A DNA stretch of 63,943 bases, from positions 1-63,943 of IMG/VR virus record IMGVR_UViG_3300025103_002730; one strand, 5' to 3'. Origin of the DNA: a virus (lineage: Duplodnaviria; Caudoviricetes). This document shows, in pieces, positions 39,991 to 49,662 of this stretch (positions are counted from its first letter, which is position 1; each line of letters starts with the position of its first letter). Under the pieces are notes generated by a model, which was given only the letters and a program-made list of their open reading frames with translations, had not been told where the DNA came from and searched no databases. The translations under genes were made by a program, and so were the position numbers.

Positions 39991-40141
39991 CTGTAAAGGT
40001 TACAAAAGGTGCCTCAAAAGCCGAATTCTGCATAAACCGACTGACACTCAACTCTACCCCACCTATGGCGACCGCGTACAGGTCATATAACCCAAGGGTG
40101 ATTACAAGTGTCGTGACAACCAGTGCTGTTCTAGTCATCAA
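39911..40141 (-). CDS. Small membrane protein
   Basis: Two hydrophobic helices, 'GFICGHIF'; RBS GGAG. Confidence 0.6.
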   Translation of the reverse strand: MMTRTALVVTTLVITLGLYDLYAVAIGGVELSVSRFMQNSAFEAPFVTFTVGFICGHIFGYMPPQTRGKDERNINR

Positions 40142-40191
40142 TTCTCCCTCCTTTTTATCTCTCAGGAAACGTACTTGATCTTCCTAGTCCA

Positions 40192-41631
40192 TTATTCATC
40201 GTCTTCCTCAATAGGTTGATTGGCACCCTCTAGAGCACCATTGGGGTTAGTTCTAGCCTCATCTCTAGTACTGATTTCTGTGATTCTAGCGTGAGCACCG
40301 TCCATGCTGAAGTTGATGTAGTTGCCGTCCACCAATCCACCACCGTGTCTAGCTTTCTTAACGACAGCCTTGTGGGTTCCGCCCTGAGGACCATCTTCGG
40401 CTATTTCCTCTTGGGCCTTTGGCTTAAAGATAGCAAATGAGGTGCAAAGCCAGATGATGCGATCTGACCCAGCCGCCACCGACGTGTCTTCCCTAGTGAT
40501 GCCGTCACGGTTCAACTGAATAAATGATAGACAGGCGAAATCATACTTAACAGAGAGGTTGTGTAGAGTAGTAATCTGAAACCCTAGTGCCTGATATTCT
40601 TGCATATTATTGGAAATACCAGAGGAAGACATGAGTTTGAGATAATCGTATACCACCAAGCAGTCGTTAGTACGACCCTCCTCATCCTGTCCAACCTCTC
40701 GTAGAATCCAGCGTTTGATAGTATTCACAATGGTCTCAAATGGAGCACCAGCAACACCAACGTAGGTGTACGGCAAAGACTTGATTTCTTCGAATGCCGC
40801 TTTGACGGCGAGGTACTTTTCCTCATTTACTGAGAACTGCCCAGTCGCAATCTCGTTAATAGGTACACCACTAATATGAGCGGCCAGCCTGTTCATATGA
40901 TCTTCTTTACTCATCTCAGTATCCAACATTAGCACTGGAATACCGTTACGAGCATTGTGGAGAGACACATTGTCAGCAAATACAGACTTACCAACACCGG
41001 GACGTGCGGAGACGATATCGATACACTTGCGTCTTAGTCCACCTCCGATAACCGCGTCATACCTAGGATATCCAGAGGTCAGACCAATTTGGTCACACTT
41101 ATTCTCTATCAAGAATTGTAGGTAGTCATCGGCACCATCGCCAAGCTGTTCTGGCTTTTGACCGTTCTCATCGTCACGTAAGAATTCCATAAGAGGATTC
41201 TCAACCAGACCAATGATATCATCAATGGATTCGTCCCCATTGATATCGTCAATACCCCTCTCAATCTTCTTGGCAATACGTTTGGCACTTCGGGCAAACT
41301 CAAACTTCTTAATCTGTGCCGCGAAGAAAAGAACATTGTCCTGCTTAACGGGAAACTCCATCAAGGAACCAATGTATTCTAACTCCTGATCTGTGTTGAT
41401 AACATCAGATAGGTTGAGTTGTTGTGCGGCAGACAGGATGGCTGGCACGTCTACTACGGCCTCGTTCTGCAAGACCTTCTCAATACACTTGTAGATAACC
41501 TGATTGTTCTGATGAGCAAAGCTACCGTGATCAATAACATCGTTGATTTCTACATATGCGTCCAGTCCATAGCTAAACAGTCCTGCCAAGACGGCTCGTT
41601 CAGCACCAATGTCTGAGAGTTTCTGATCCAT
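40192..41631 (-). CDS. dnaB: Replicative DNA helicase
   Basis: 'AERAVLAG', Walker A 'ARPGVGKS', 'DTEMS', 'DYLKLM', 'QLNR', 'KARHG'. Confidence 0.93.
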   Translation of the reverse strand: MDQKLSDIGAERAVLAGLFSYGLDAYVEINDVIDHGSFAHQNNQVIYKCIEKVLQNEAVVDVPAILSAAQQLNLSDVINTDQELEYIGSLMEFPVKQDNVLFFAAQIKKFEFARSAKRIAKKIERGIDDINGDESIDDIIGLVENPLMEFLRDDENGQKPEQLGDGADDYLQFLIENKCDQIGLTSGYPRYDAVIGGGLRRKCIDIVSARPGVGKSVFADNVSLHNARNGIPVLMLDTEMSKEDHMNRLAAHISGVPINEIATGQFSVNEEKYLAVKAAFEEIKSLPYTYVGVAGAPFETIVNTIKRWILREVGQDEEGRTNDCLVVYDYLKLMSSSGISNNMQEYQALGFQITTLHNLSVKYDFACLSFIQLNRDGITREDTSVAAGSDRIIWLCTSFAIFKPKAQEEIAEDGPQGGTHKAVVKKARHGGGLVDGNYINFSMDGAHARITEISTRDEARTNPNGALEGANQPIEEDDE

Positions 41632-41637
41632 GCTAAA

Positions 41638-42054
41638 CTAACTTCCTATGCAACGACCGCAGCGGGGGAATGAACCAAACAGCGTACTACCGTGTGCGAT
41701 GAACGATTTCTTACACACATGACACTCAACCTCTACCACGTCAGGTGCTGGCCGTGAGCGTGCCACCTTTTCATACTTAGTGGGGTCAAAGTTCTCGTCT
41801 CGATTCTCTCCCTCGTCAGTCCACTGGTTACTCTTAGCCTTCACGGGTGTTCTATGACCCCTCTGATCACCGGGTGGAGTAACAGAGAAGTCTTCATTAA
41901 CGACTGACCCTCGCGTCTTAGGCTTGTCTATGACGGCCTTGGGGTGTGCGGGTATATCTTCTAAGGGGTTTTTATCCAGTAGTTGCGACAAGATCTCTTG
42001 TTTTTCTTCTGGGGACAACGACTCAAACAACGCTTTGAGAATATCTACACTCAT
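41638..42054 (-). CDS. Hypothetical Zn-ribbon protein
   Basis: C-terminal CHVC...CGRC. Confidence 0.55.
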   Translation of the reverse strand: MSVDILKALFESLSPEEKQEILSQLLDKNPLEDIPAHPKAVIDKPKTRGSVVNEDFSVTPPGDQRGHRTPVKAKSNQWTDEGENRDENFDPTKYEKVARSRPAPDVVEVECHVCKKSFIAHGSTLFGSFPRCGRCIGS

Positions 42055-42539
42055 TTTCGTCTTCCTTTTTCAATCAGGATATCAGCTTTCCTGCGTATGT
42101 TGTGCTCACGGTTTTCTAACTTCGCTAGTCTGGAGTCCGCGACTTCCTTCCAGTCATAGATTTTTTTAGCCAATTCGTTCTCTCTGAGTACCCTGCCAAC
42201 CTTAATCTCATGCTTTGCAATAGTTTGACTATCAAATTCTTGAGAGTATATGCTATTTAACGTTGAGGCACACCATCTGGCGACATTTTGCTGACCAGCA
42301 CGCTCACCAGCAATATGGTCGGCGTATTGGTAGAGCATAAAAGCGTAGTTGAAACATTCGTCTTGAGTTAACGTGTCTAGGGTCGCTAAGTCAAAAGTTT
42401 CCGCCATAGCAAAATCAGCTTTGAATACTGTTGGTGCGGCATTCTTCAGCGTGATATACTCATCAATTCTCCTGATGAACTCTTTAAGTCTGTCAGCAGC
42501 AGCACTCAATTTGCTTTCTCCAATATTCTTCGGGGTCAC
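42051..42539 (-). CDS. Hypothetical helical protein, possible UvsY-like recombination mediator
   Basis: Coiled-coil character and position between recA and dnaB; the function is a guess. Confidence 0.4.
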   Translation of the reverse strand: MTPKNIGESKLSAAADRLKEFIRRIDEYITLKNAAPTVFKADFAMAETFDLATLDTLTQDECFNYAFMLYQYADHIAGERAGQQNVARWCASTLNSIYSQEFDSQTIAKHEIKVGRVLRENELAKKIYDWKEVADSRLAKLENREHNIRRKADILIEKGRRK

Positions 42540-42909
42540 TGTAGTTGAAAACGATTAGTTCAATCTCGTTTATCTCACACCAATCAGCCTTGTTACGATC
42601 CCTCATTTGAGAGAAAAGAAAGCCAGCCTTCGTTTTGTGAAAGAACGGGGTGAATTCAAAGTGCTGTTGACCATGAACCTCTACGCCTATTTTAGCGTTC
42701 GGAATGTAGAAGTCAAGGTATAAAACAGATTTTAAGGCGGGATTGACCGTTCCCGGCAACTTTACCTCTTCGTAGACTGAATAACCCTTAAACTTTTCTC
42801 CAAGTATTTCCCTAGCGGCTCGATGATACTTAGAACACTTAGCTCTCTGCTTGGAATATTCCTTGAGATCCAGATTGTATTCCAGACCATTCAGTCCGGT
42901 TACTTTCAT
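42493..42909 (-). CDS. Vsr/DUF559-like endonuclease
   Basis: 'YLDFYIP...VEVHGQQH...RDRNKADWC'. Confidence 0.75.
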   Translation of the reverse strand: MKVTGLNGLEYNLDLKEYSKQRAKCSKYHRAAREILGEKFKGYSVYEEVKLPGTVNPALKSVLYLDFYIPNAKIGVEVHGQQHFEFTPFFHKTKAGFLFSQMRDRNKADWCEINEIELIVFNYSDPEEYWRKQIECCC

Positions 42910-44027
42910 ATTAGGATATCTCTCACTTGTTGAATAAGGAAGTCTTGTAGATCTTGATTTTCAGCAATGAAATCTGAAACATTGCTCATACCCTGAAACT
43001 TGAACGCCTTCGTTACCGCATCAGCATCCTCTGGGTTCACCTCGTTGACCTTGAGATACTTCTGGATGATTGGGTCGTCTTTGTTGTCAATGAAGCACCC
43101 AGCGGTGTACCAAGCACCCTTGACGGATATAAGAGCGAACTGCGTAGCTATGTGACAGATCTCCTGTGCCTCATCAACCCCGACCCCATACTTGATCCAA
43201 CTCTCTGCGAGGCTGTTTGGGATGCCTCCAGCGGCAGACGTAAGGATCTTCCAGTTGGCTACTTGGCCGACGTGATTGCCAGAATCTTTTGGTACTTCCC
43301 ACTTGCCACGATGAGTAATCACCATATTTGTACCAACTTGATACTGTAACATATTACCAGAGTCAGCCATTTTCTTTGGGGCAAAACGGCTACCACCAGT
43401 GTTAGCAATGTTATGGGTGATAAAAATCACGATAGACTTCATACGAGATACATCGCCGCTTACACGCTTAAAGAACATGGACAGCAGTCTCGGTAAAGCG
43501 TTTCGTACACCTGTGCGAATCTCACCGTTTAACTCATCCTGAGGAACCATGTTTGAAGCTGAATCAATGATACACACCAAACCCGGCTCTTGCTTAATCA
43601 GGGTTTCCAGTGCGTTCAGGTACGTCTCAGCGGACACCTTGGGTTCTTTGTCTGTAGCCTGTACGATGCTAATAGCGTCAACATCCAGATCTTTGATACC
43701 TGTGAAGTTCTCTTTGGTCATCCGACCCTCAGTGTTTAGGTAGAACACCTTCTTACCTAGTTTTTGTGCTTTAGCCGCGAAGTACAGGGCTGTTGTCGTT
43801 TTCCCGGTCTTGGGATCTCCCGTGATATTGACACACTGTCCTTCTCTCAAGCCTCCTCCAAGAGCAAGATCTAGTGCGGGAGACACGCTGATAACATCAA
43901 ATTTCTCCAGTGTTTCCAGAACCTCAGTTCCAGATTCAATAATATCACCATATTTCTTAGTAATACTGTCGACCAGTACGTCACCAGTTTCCTTAATCTT
44001 GCCCTTCTTCGCTGTTTTTTTTGCCAT
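42906..44027 (-). CDS. recA: RecA/UvsX-like recombinase
   Basis: 'SPALDLALGGG', Walker A 'GDPKTGKTT', Walker B 'IIDS', 'IKYGVGVD'. Confidence 0.88.
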   Translation of the reverse strand: MAKKTAKKGKIKETGDVLVDSITKKYGDIIESGTEVLETLEKFDVISVSPALDLALGGGLREGQCVNITGDPKTGKTTTALYFAAKAQKLGKKVFYLNTEGRMTKENFTGIKDLDVDAISIVQATDKEPKVSAETYLNALETLIKQEPGLVCIIDSASNMVPQDELNGEIRTGVRNALPRLLSMFFKRVSGDVSRMKSIVIFITHNIANTGGSRFAPKKMADSGNMLQYQVGTNMVITHRGKWEVPKDSGNHVGQVANWKILTSAAGGIPNSLAESWIKYGVGVDEAQEICHIATQFALISVKGAWYTAGCFIDNKDDPIIQKYLKVNEVNPEDADAVTKAFKFQGMSNVSDFIAENQDLQDFLIQQVRDILI

Positions 44028-44463
44028 TCTCGATATTCCTTAACTTTTGTAGGATGTTTTTCTTGCCGTATGTCTTCTTGCGTACTGTTGGATTTTCTTT
44101 GTACACAACTTCTTGTTTTTCTGCCTCACTCTGTTCCTTCGCTATCAGGTGATACTTGCCAATTATCCTCTCCGCACTAGGATGGTTAAGAGAGAATATC
44201 TTTCGGAATTCATTGGAAGTAATAGCTTTGACAATACCGGCTTCGCTAAACTTCTTGATTAGCTGGTTAGCCCTGAACAATTGACGTTTGAAAGTCCAGT
44301 CCCACGGTTTTCTATTCCAAAACTTATGTGGCAGTGAACCCTCATTCTTGTTCTCCGCGTTTTTCTTACACATAATCTCAGCCACGTAGGCCGCACAGGT
44401 ACAGTGGCCACCTGTTGATTCATGTTTATACCTGCTCTTGTCTGTTCTTTTTCGTTTTTTCAT
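43993..44463 (-). CDS. Hypothetical basic protein
   Basis: 156-aa Lys-rich ORF coupled to recA. Confidence 0.55.
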   Translation of the reverse strand: MKKRKRTDKSRYKHESTGGHCTCAAYVAEIMCKKNAENKNEGSLPHKFWNRKPWDWTFKRQLFRANQLIKKFSEAGIVKAITSNEFRKIFSLNHPSAERIIGKYHLIAKEQSEAEKQEVVYKENPTVRKKTYGKKNILQKLRNIENGKKNSEEGQD

Positions 44464-44866
44464 TGTAGATCAAAGCCTCGTCGAAACAGTTGTCTAATGT
44501 GTCTTCGTACTCTTTTTCCTTGATCAACTCTGGTACAATATACATACGCTTCATCATCTTACCGTCAGACAGTACGCCAATAGTAAGATAGTGTTTCGTT
44601 TTCTGACCCATAGTACCCAAAACCGACCTCACAACATAAATAGCGTCAGCTTCTGCCACATCTATTATAGTTCGGTTAGAGCGAAATTGCAAGTGTAAAT
44701 CCTGAATAAAGACGGAATTCTTTTCACAGTATTCCTTTACGTCAAACCACTCATCGTAGTCTTGGCAGAAAAAGTGTTCACCATTAGTAGTCATCACCTT
44801 AATGAAAACATACTTAGTGTTACTCTTCTTACTGCGATAAAATTGTGCCCATCTTTGATTATCCAT
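44426..44866 (-). CDS. Hypothetical protein
   Basis: 146-aa ORF in the operon. Confidence 0.55.
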   Translation of the reverse strand: MDNQRWAQFYRSKKSNTKYVFIKVMTTNGEHFFCQDYDEWFDVKEYCEKNSVFIQDLHLQFRSNRTIIDVAEADAIYVVRSVLGTMGQKTKHYLTIGVLSDGKMMKRMYIVPELIKEKEYEDTLDNCFDEALIYNEKTKKNRQEQV

Positions 44867-44874
44867 GATTTCCC

Positions 44875-45189
44875 TTATCTAACAGTGGTGGTACATTTGC
44901 TGGACCGAGGTGTTTGAACCGGATCCTTCCTCATGCCATCAGCCATTTCCGCCGCATTCGGCGTCATGACCGTAGCCCCACCCGCATCGTTTCTGGCGAA
45001 CTGATCGAACACTCTACCTTTACCCTCAACCTTTGTGGGAACGGTATTATTCTTAGGTAGTGTACTGATAAACTTTTTGATTGCAATTTGTGATCGGTCT
45101 AAATCCTTACACAGTTCCTTTACTCCTAAATCTACATGATTCTCAATGTAGAATTTTTCTGCCTTACTGAGCGGTCCCTTCTTAGTCAT
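44875..45189 (-). CDS. Hypothetical protein with possible HTH
   Basis: 'LSKAEKFYIE...VKELCKDLDRS'. Confidence 0.55.
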   Translation of the reverse strand: MTKKGPLSKAEKFYIENHVDLGVKELCKDLDRSQIAIKKFISTLPKNNTVPTKVEGKGRVFDQFARNDAGGATVMTPNAAEMADGMRKDPVQTPRSSKCTTTVR

Positions 45190-45538
45190 TCAAAAATCCC
45201 CTTTGTGCCTTTGTCAGGTAAATAGAATTGTTAGTCTTGAGGTAAGTCAAGTACAAATCGAACGTATTCTTGGAAACTCTCTTCATTTTGGTATCAAGAT
45301 TACGTTGTCTCTTACTGTACGGCCCCATGGGGTCGAGCAGTGTTCCCGTGTGTGTCAGGACGTAGTAAACCATAGCACCCCCCGCCTCAGTGTTAGAAAT
45401 CGTCTTAGCATAGTGCGGTACCTTATGCTTGTTTTCTTCACCTACTAGAGATCCAGTTCTGTCGAACAGTTCTTCTTTTCGCGTATCTGAAATAGCGAAT
45501 GGCTTGTTTACATAACGCATCTGTGGTTTTTCTGTCAT
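45182..45538 (-). CDS. Hypothetical protein
   Basis: 118-aa ORF coupled by an ATGA overlap. Confidence 0.55.
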   Translation of the reverse strand: MTEKPQMRYVNKPFAISDTRKEELFDRTGSLVGEENKHKVPHYAKTISNTEAGGAMVYYVLTHTGTLLDPMGPYSKRQRNLDTKMKRVSKNTFDLYLTYLKTNNSIYLTKAQRGFLND

Positions 45539-45894
45539 TTCTTACCTTCCATAACGTAGCGTAGTTTTTGATTAGGAGACATCTTATTAATCTCCTTACT
45601 GGTGGCGTCACCGCCATGTTTGTCCACCCAAGTCTTGGGTTCTTCCGGAGTTTCCTCACGCTTCTTGGCAGCCGCTTCAGCTATTCTGGTTTTGTTAGCC
45701 TTAGTATTCTTAGCGGCTAACTGACCAACGGTCTCCACTTTCTTTACCTGAAATCCCAATCCACCGGAAATAACTCTAGACAACGCTGGTTCCCCACACG
45801 CTGGACATATCTCTAGTGGTAGATCGGTCATCCCCTGTGTAACATCCTCAAGGAAATGCTCACACCCTGAGCACTCATAGTCGTAGTCTGGCAT
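45535..45894 (-). CDS. FmdB-family zinc-ribbon protein
   Basis: 'MPDYDYECSGC...CPACG...RVISG'. Confidence 0.85.
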   Translation of the reverse strand: MPDYDYECSGCEHFLEDVTQGMTDLPLEICPACGEPALSRVISGGLGFQVKKVETVGQLAAKNTKANKTRIAEAAAKKREETPEEPKTWVDKHGGDATSKEINKMSPNQKLRYVMEGKK

Positions 45895-46548
45895 TCAACT
45901 CTCCAACGCTTGAATCACTTCACCTAAGATACCATTACGCTGAATATCTCTATATGTTAATTCACAAATAGCACATCTATCAATACCGCCTATCTTATCA
46001 ATAACGGACTGTAGACCGCTTCTACCACATAAGTCATCCTGATGGGTGTCACCGTTAATGAGTACTTTAGAATTCTGTCCCATACGAGTGATAAACATTT
46101 TGATTTGCTCAAGTGTACAGTTCTGAGCCTCGTCCAGAATCATATATGTGTCATGGAAAGTTGCTCCACGCATGAGTTCCAGGGGGCGATATTGAATAGC
46201 ACCATCGTTTGAGTAGTGACCGTAGAATGCCTGACCAAGAAAATGCTTCAGATTCTCTTCCATTGGCAGTAGATACGGTGCGATCTTTTCATTCATCTCT
46301 CCCGGCAAAGAACCAATTTCCTTGCCGGTACTAACAAGGGGTCTCGTAACAATGACCTGTGCGGTTTCGCCCTTATGCAGTTGGTGTGCCGCTATACCGG
46401 CGGCTATAAAAGACTTCCCAGACCCAGATGGTCCGGAACAGATGATTATGTCATGCTCAATGATAGCTCGGATGTAATCTTTCTGATTAAATGTTTTAGC
46501 TTCAAGGGCAACAAGTTTAGGTTGCTTCCCCTTTTTAGATTTTCTCAT
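45895..46548 (-). CDS. phoH: PhoH-family ATPase
   Basis: 'GPSGSGKS', 'TRP', 'GSLPG', 'MRGATF', 'LDEAQN', 'TRMG', 'GD..Q.D'. Confidence 0.93.
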   Translation of the reverse strand: MRKSKKGKQPKLVALEAKTFNQKDYIRAIIEHDIIICSGPSGSGKSFIAAGIAAHQLHKGETAQVIVTRPLVSTGKEIGSLPGEMNEKIAPYLLPMEENLKHFLGQAFYGHYSNDGAIQYRPLELMRGATFHDTYMILDEAQNCTLEQIKMFITRMGQNSKVLINGDTHQDDLCGRSGLQSVIDKIGGIDRCAICELTYRDIQRNGILGEVIQALES

Positions 46549-46556
46549 GTGACCCC

Positions 46557-47087
46557 TTATAGATCAGATTCTTTGACGAAGATTCCGTCGATCATTTTGC
46601 CTTTACGGTCTTTAATGTCTTCCCATGCTTTTGCAAGACAGTCTTCGAGAGAGATATTGTTTCTCTCAGTAATATTCAGCATAACGACTAACATATCCCC
46701 AATATCATCCCTGATATCCTTACCCTTACACACGCTGTCGGATAGCTCACCTAACTCTTGAGCGAGTTTTAGGGTTTGGTCCTTATCTGTGCTACCGTCT
46801 ATTAGGTTTCGGTCATGGTGCCACCCAATGACATCATCAATCAACGCCGCGAGGCGGTACTTGTTAGTAGTATATTGAATAGGTAACTCATAGTTATCCA
46901 TTAATCGTGCCTTCGCCCCGCGAAATAGACCATCCCTATTTGCGATAACACTGGTAACGTAGAAATTATTACCATGTTCATCTACTCCCGCCTCACATAC
47001 ACCAGACATAGGTATATCAAAGGTTCCTGCTTGCCATCCAGTCAACTGGGCCATTCTCGCCGTCTGATCCGCGTGCTGCTCTGTCAT
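46557..47087 (-). CDS. MazG-like nucleotide pyrophosphohydrolase
   Basis: 'QTLKLAQELGEL...DDIGDMLVV...LEDCL..AWEDIKDRKG...GIFVKE'. Confidence 0.85.
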   Translation of the reverse strand: MTEQHADQTARMAQLTGWQAGTFDIPMSGVCEAGVDEHGNNFYVTSVIANRDGLFRGAKARLMDNYELPIQYTTNKYRLAALIDDVIGWHHDRNLIDGSTDKDQTLKLAQELGELSDSVCKGKDIRDDIGDMLVVMLNITERNNISLEDCLAKAWEDIKDRKGKMIDGIFVKESDL

Positions 47088-47398
47088 AGTTTCATATCTC
47101 CAAAGTCCATGTCTTCCAAATCGTTCTTACTAGCACCAATTTTGTAACTGGTGATCTCATGTTCCTGAGGGGCGACCTGTACAGATTCGCTACTCATCCA
47201 AGGCTCAGTCCAACCAGCAATAGGGTTTTTGCCAACGTTGTCGTATGGCAGGCCAATATTCTTACGGCGTGACATACACAACCAATCAATATACTGGTGA
47301 AGAACATCGTAACGCTGAACACCAAGGTCTTTCCCTAGGAATAAGGGTTGACTCATAGGGTCCACATGTTTAAGATTGAAAATTGTTTTCATTGTCAC
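47084..47398 (-). CDS. nrdB: Mini ribonucleotide reductase beta subunit: N- and C-termini fused in frame, di-iron core deleted
   Basis: N-terminal 'TIFN...QPLFLG..LGVQRYD' and C-terminal 'LHQYIDWL...NPIAGWTEPW.SS..VQVAPQEHEITSY' both match class Ia NrdB; total length only 104 aa. Confidence 0.8.
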   Translation of the reverse strand: MTMKTIFNLKHVDPMSQPLFLGKDLGVQRYDVLHQYIDWLCMSRRKNIGLPYDNVGKNPIAGWTEPWMSSESVQVAPQEHEITSYKIGASKNDLEDMDFGDMKL

Positions 47399-47401
47399 TC
47401 A

Positions 47402-48022
47402 TTACCAAAGTAATACTGGTACTATTACTATGTCTTTGATTGAGGCGTCCCGCATGGTTACGCTACCCGTTTCACTGTCCGTTGAAAATTTAAGGACAAT
47501 ATCATACCGCTTACCCTTTTGGATATCCGTAAGGTTAACTTGATCACCGTCGTTTGGGAGGAACACTTCTACGGATTTCATCTCATAGTACACTCTCTGT
47601 ACGTAAAGTATGAAAACGCCAGATGGAGAATGAGAATTGTCTTCTATTACACGTCCCTGCTGACCCTCGCCCTCTAAGACATTGGTCTGATCGTTAGGTT
47701 CCGGTTTTGGGTCAGCGACCACATCCCATTTCTTACTCTTACCCTCGAAGAAAACCGTCTTTTCTTCTGTCCTCTCTTCATCTGTATAAAAAGCAAACTC
47801 ACCCTCTATTATGGGTTCTTCATCTATATCTATGAAAGGTTCTAACTTTCCATTCCCCATTATAGGGTCTAACGTAAAGCTGGTAGTCAGCCCAAAATGA
47901 GTAAGCCCAAAGTGACTTGGAGCAGCCGTCCCCACTACGGTAGCTACCAGAGGCTCACTAATAGGAAGTAAAGCCCCAGCAAATAACCCGCTCAACGCTT
48001 TGTTAAATGTTCTTCTATCCAC
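47402..48022 (-). CDS. Hypothetical protein with Tat-like signal peptide
   Basis: Starts MDRRTFNKALSGLFAGALLP (twin-arginine plus hydrophobic stretch); RBS GGAG. Confidence 0.6.
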   Translation of the reverse strand: MDRRTFNKALSGLFAGALLPISEPLVATVVGTAAPSHFGLTHFGLTTSFTLDPIMGNGKLEPFIDIDEEPIIEGEFAFYTDEERTEEKTVFFEGKSKKWDVVADPKPEPNDQTNVLEGEGQQGRVIEDNSHSPSGVFILYVQRVYYEMKSVEVFLPNDGDQVNLTDIQKGKRYDIVLKFSTDSETGSVTMRDASIKDIVIVPVLLW

Positions 48023-48158
48023 GGTATTTTCTCCCGTTAGTTGTTTTCGTCTGCAAAATCATTGATACCCTTCCTGATTTGTTCCCCTTGATCTATTTGT
48101 TCTTCGGTTATTTCTTTCTCTCCATAGCTCTGTGCGGACCATCCGGGAGGATCACTCT

Positions 48159-48187
48159 ATTATATCCCTCAGACCCCGTATTGTCAA
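48159..48187 (-). promoter_or_regulatory. Consensus sigma-70 promoter heading the replication/metabolism operon
   Basis: TTGACA-17 nt-TATAAT, perfect consensus. Confidence 0.85.
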
Positions 48188-48198
48188 TAGAAAAGTAC

Positions 48199-48238
48199 AA
48201 AAAAAGTCCCCTCGCAGCATAAAAGCCGCAAGAGGACT
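48199..48238 (-). terminator. Rho-independent terminator ending the membrane/lysis-like operon
   Basis: AGTCCTCTTGCGGC-TTTTAT-GCTGCGAGGGGACT followed by a T run. Confidence 0.8.
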
Positions 48239-48257
48239 ATGAAATTGAATCTACTTC

Positions 48258-48464
48258 TTAGTCGAGAGGTTTGTCAGGCTGAACAATTGTCACTTCGATT
48301 CCCTCTCCAAGCTGTATGGTGGCAATCTTCTTGCCGTCTTCCACTTTGAACTCAACCATGTCAATGATGGTTTTAACCCTTTCGACTTGTTCTTTTGTCA
48401 CACCTAGATGTTCAAGTACTGTGTCAACAAGGCGACCTGTTATTGTCATTGACTTGTACCCCAC
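48258..48464 (-). CDS. Small hypothetical protein
   Basis: Likely start MTITG overlapping the upstream stop. Confidence 0.5.
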   Translation of the reverse strand: MGYKSMTITGRLVDTVLEHLGVTKEQVERVKTIIDMVEFKVEDGKKIATIQLGEGIEVTIVQPDKPLD

Positions 48465-48922
48465 GAAATAGCGGTTAGGATCTTCACAAGTCGTTCACGG
48501 CGGTCACCATCTAATGGTATATTTTCTTTACCGATAGCAGAAATCACTGCTTTATCGATAGCTTCACCTAGATCTGGGTAGATGCCCTTGATATCTTGAC
48601 CAGCAAAGTTCATCGCACCAGCCATGATATTGAATTCACGGAACTGACCGGTGCTCTTTAAGAAGCCGGGGTCAGTCTCGATAACGCTTGCCATCTCAAC
48701 GAAGAAGGGTCTGAGTACAGATGAATGCTCTTTGCTAATATCAATGTCTACAACGTTTTTAACCATCTTCTGGTATAAATCGGACGGTTCGTCTACGACA
48801 ACTACGTCTGGCGTGTTTGGGGTAAAGTCTACGTTATCCTTTGCCCACTGAACTAATTGTTCCCCAAAGAGACCTGTAAGTACTAAAATGAAGGCGGCGA
48901 TAAGTCTTGTTTTTTTGTTCAT
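48446..48922 (-). CDS. Signal-anchored hypothetical protein
   Basis: Basic N-terminus plus hydrophobic helix and Pro-rich linker. Confidence 0.6.
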   Translation of the reverse strand: MNKKTRLIAAFILVLTGLFGEQLVQWAKDNVDFTPNTPDVVVVDEPSDLYQKMVKNVVDIDISKEHSSVLRPFFVEMASVIETDPGFLKSTGQFREFNIMAGAMNFAGQDIKGIYPDLGEAIDKAVISAIGKENIPLDGDRRERLVKILTAISWGTSQ

Positions 48923-49296
48923 AGTTCCACATTTCCTTGAACATCTTTACTGCTCGTGTCTGTAATACTGCCACGAAGGCCCCCAACGTCAGTATGCCCA
49001 GCCCCATCCTTGACAACAAATAGTGGGAAGATCTTGTCCAACTCAGAGATAGCTTCCGTCAACCCGCGATTAACAAGTTGGTTTCTGAGATCCTCCCAGC
49101 GTGACACTACAGTGCATAATGAATCTTCAGGGCATACCTCTGGATGGTCATTCTTTTCCGACGTAGGAACATCTTCTTTTTTCTCGTCCTTGACCCGCTT
49201 TAAGATTTTAGGCGAGATACCCTTAATCTGCCCCCAAAATGTGCTACCTCCAAGTAGTACTCCTAGACCAACTATGATCATCTGAAATGCCGTCAC
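48919..49296 (-). CDS. Membrane-anchored hypothetical protein
   Basis: N-terminal TM helix. Confidence 0.55.
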   Translation of the reverse strand: MTAFQMIIVGLGVLLGGSTFWGQIKGISPKILKRVKDEKKEDVPTSEKNDHPEVCPEDSLCTVVSRWEDLRNQLVNRGLTEAISELDKIFPLFVVKDGAGHTDVGGLRGSITDTSSKDVQGNVEL

Positions 49297-49308
49297 TACA
49301 CTGTCCCC

Positions 49309-49662
49309 CTATAGGTTTTTCTTAAATGAGTGGTAAGAACTAATCGCTTCGGTTAGTTCTTTTTCGGAAAGTTTTTCTGAAACATTGAGTAATGCGTTGA
49401 AGGCGGCTTTTCTTTCTCTGAAAGGTAATCTTTTAGCAATAACTCTTTTCATGACAAATCTAGCTATGAATCCCGGACGCTTGATAGAACTCTTGATGGA
49501 TTCCTCGTTGCTCCCACATCGATATAGAAGTCTTATTAACGTAAATATGATCTTGAATATTGTGATCAGTATCATAGGATCTACGCCAAAGTTTTTATCC
49601 TCTGACTTAGCGTAAACTAACACACGTGCTGCCAATTCTGTCAGCTTGTCGTCATTCATCAA
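49309..49662 (-). CDS. Single-TM hypothetical protein
   Basis: 'FGVDPMILITIFKIIFTLIRLLYRC' followed by a basic C-terminal region. Confidence 0.55.
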   Translation of the reverse strand: MMNDDKLTELAARVLVYAKSEDKNFGVDPMILITIFKIIFTLIRLLYRCGSNEESIKSSIKRPGFIARFVMKRVIAKRLPFRERKAAFNALLNVSEKLSEKELTEAISSYHSFKKNL

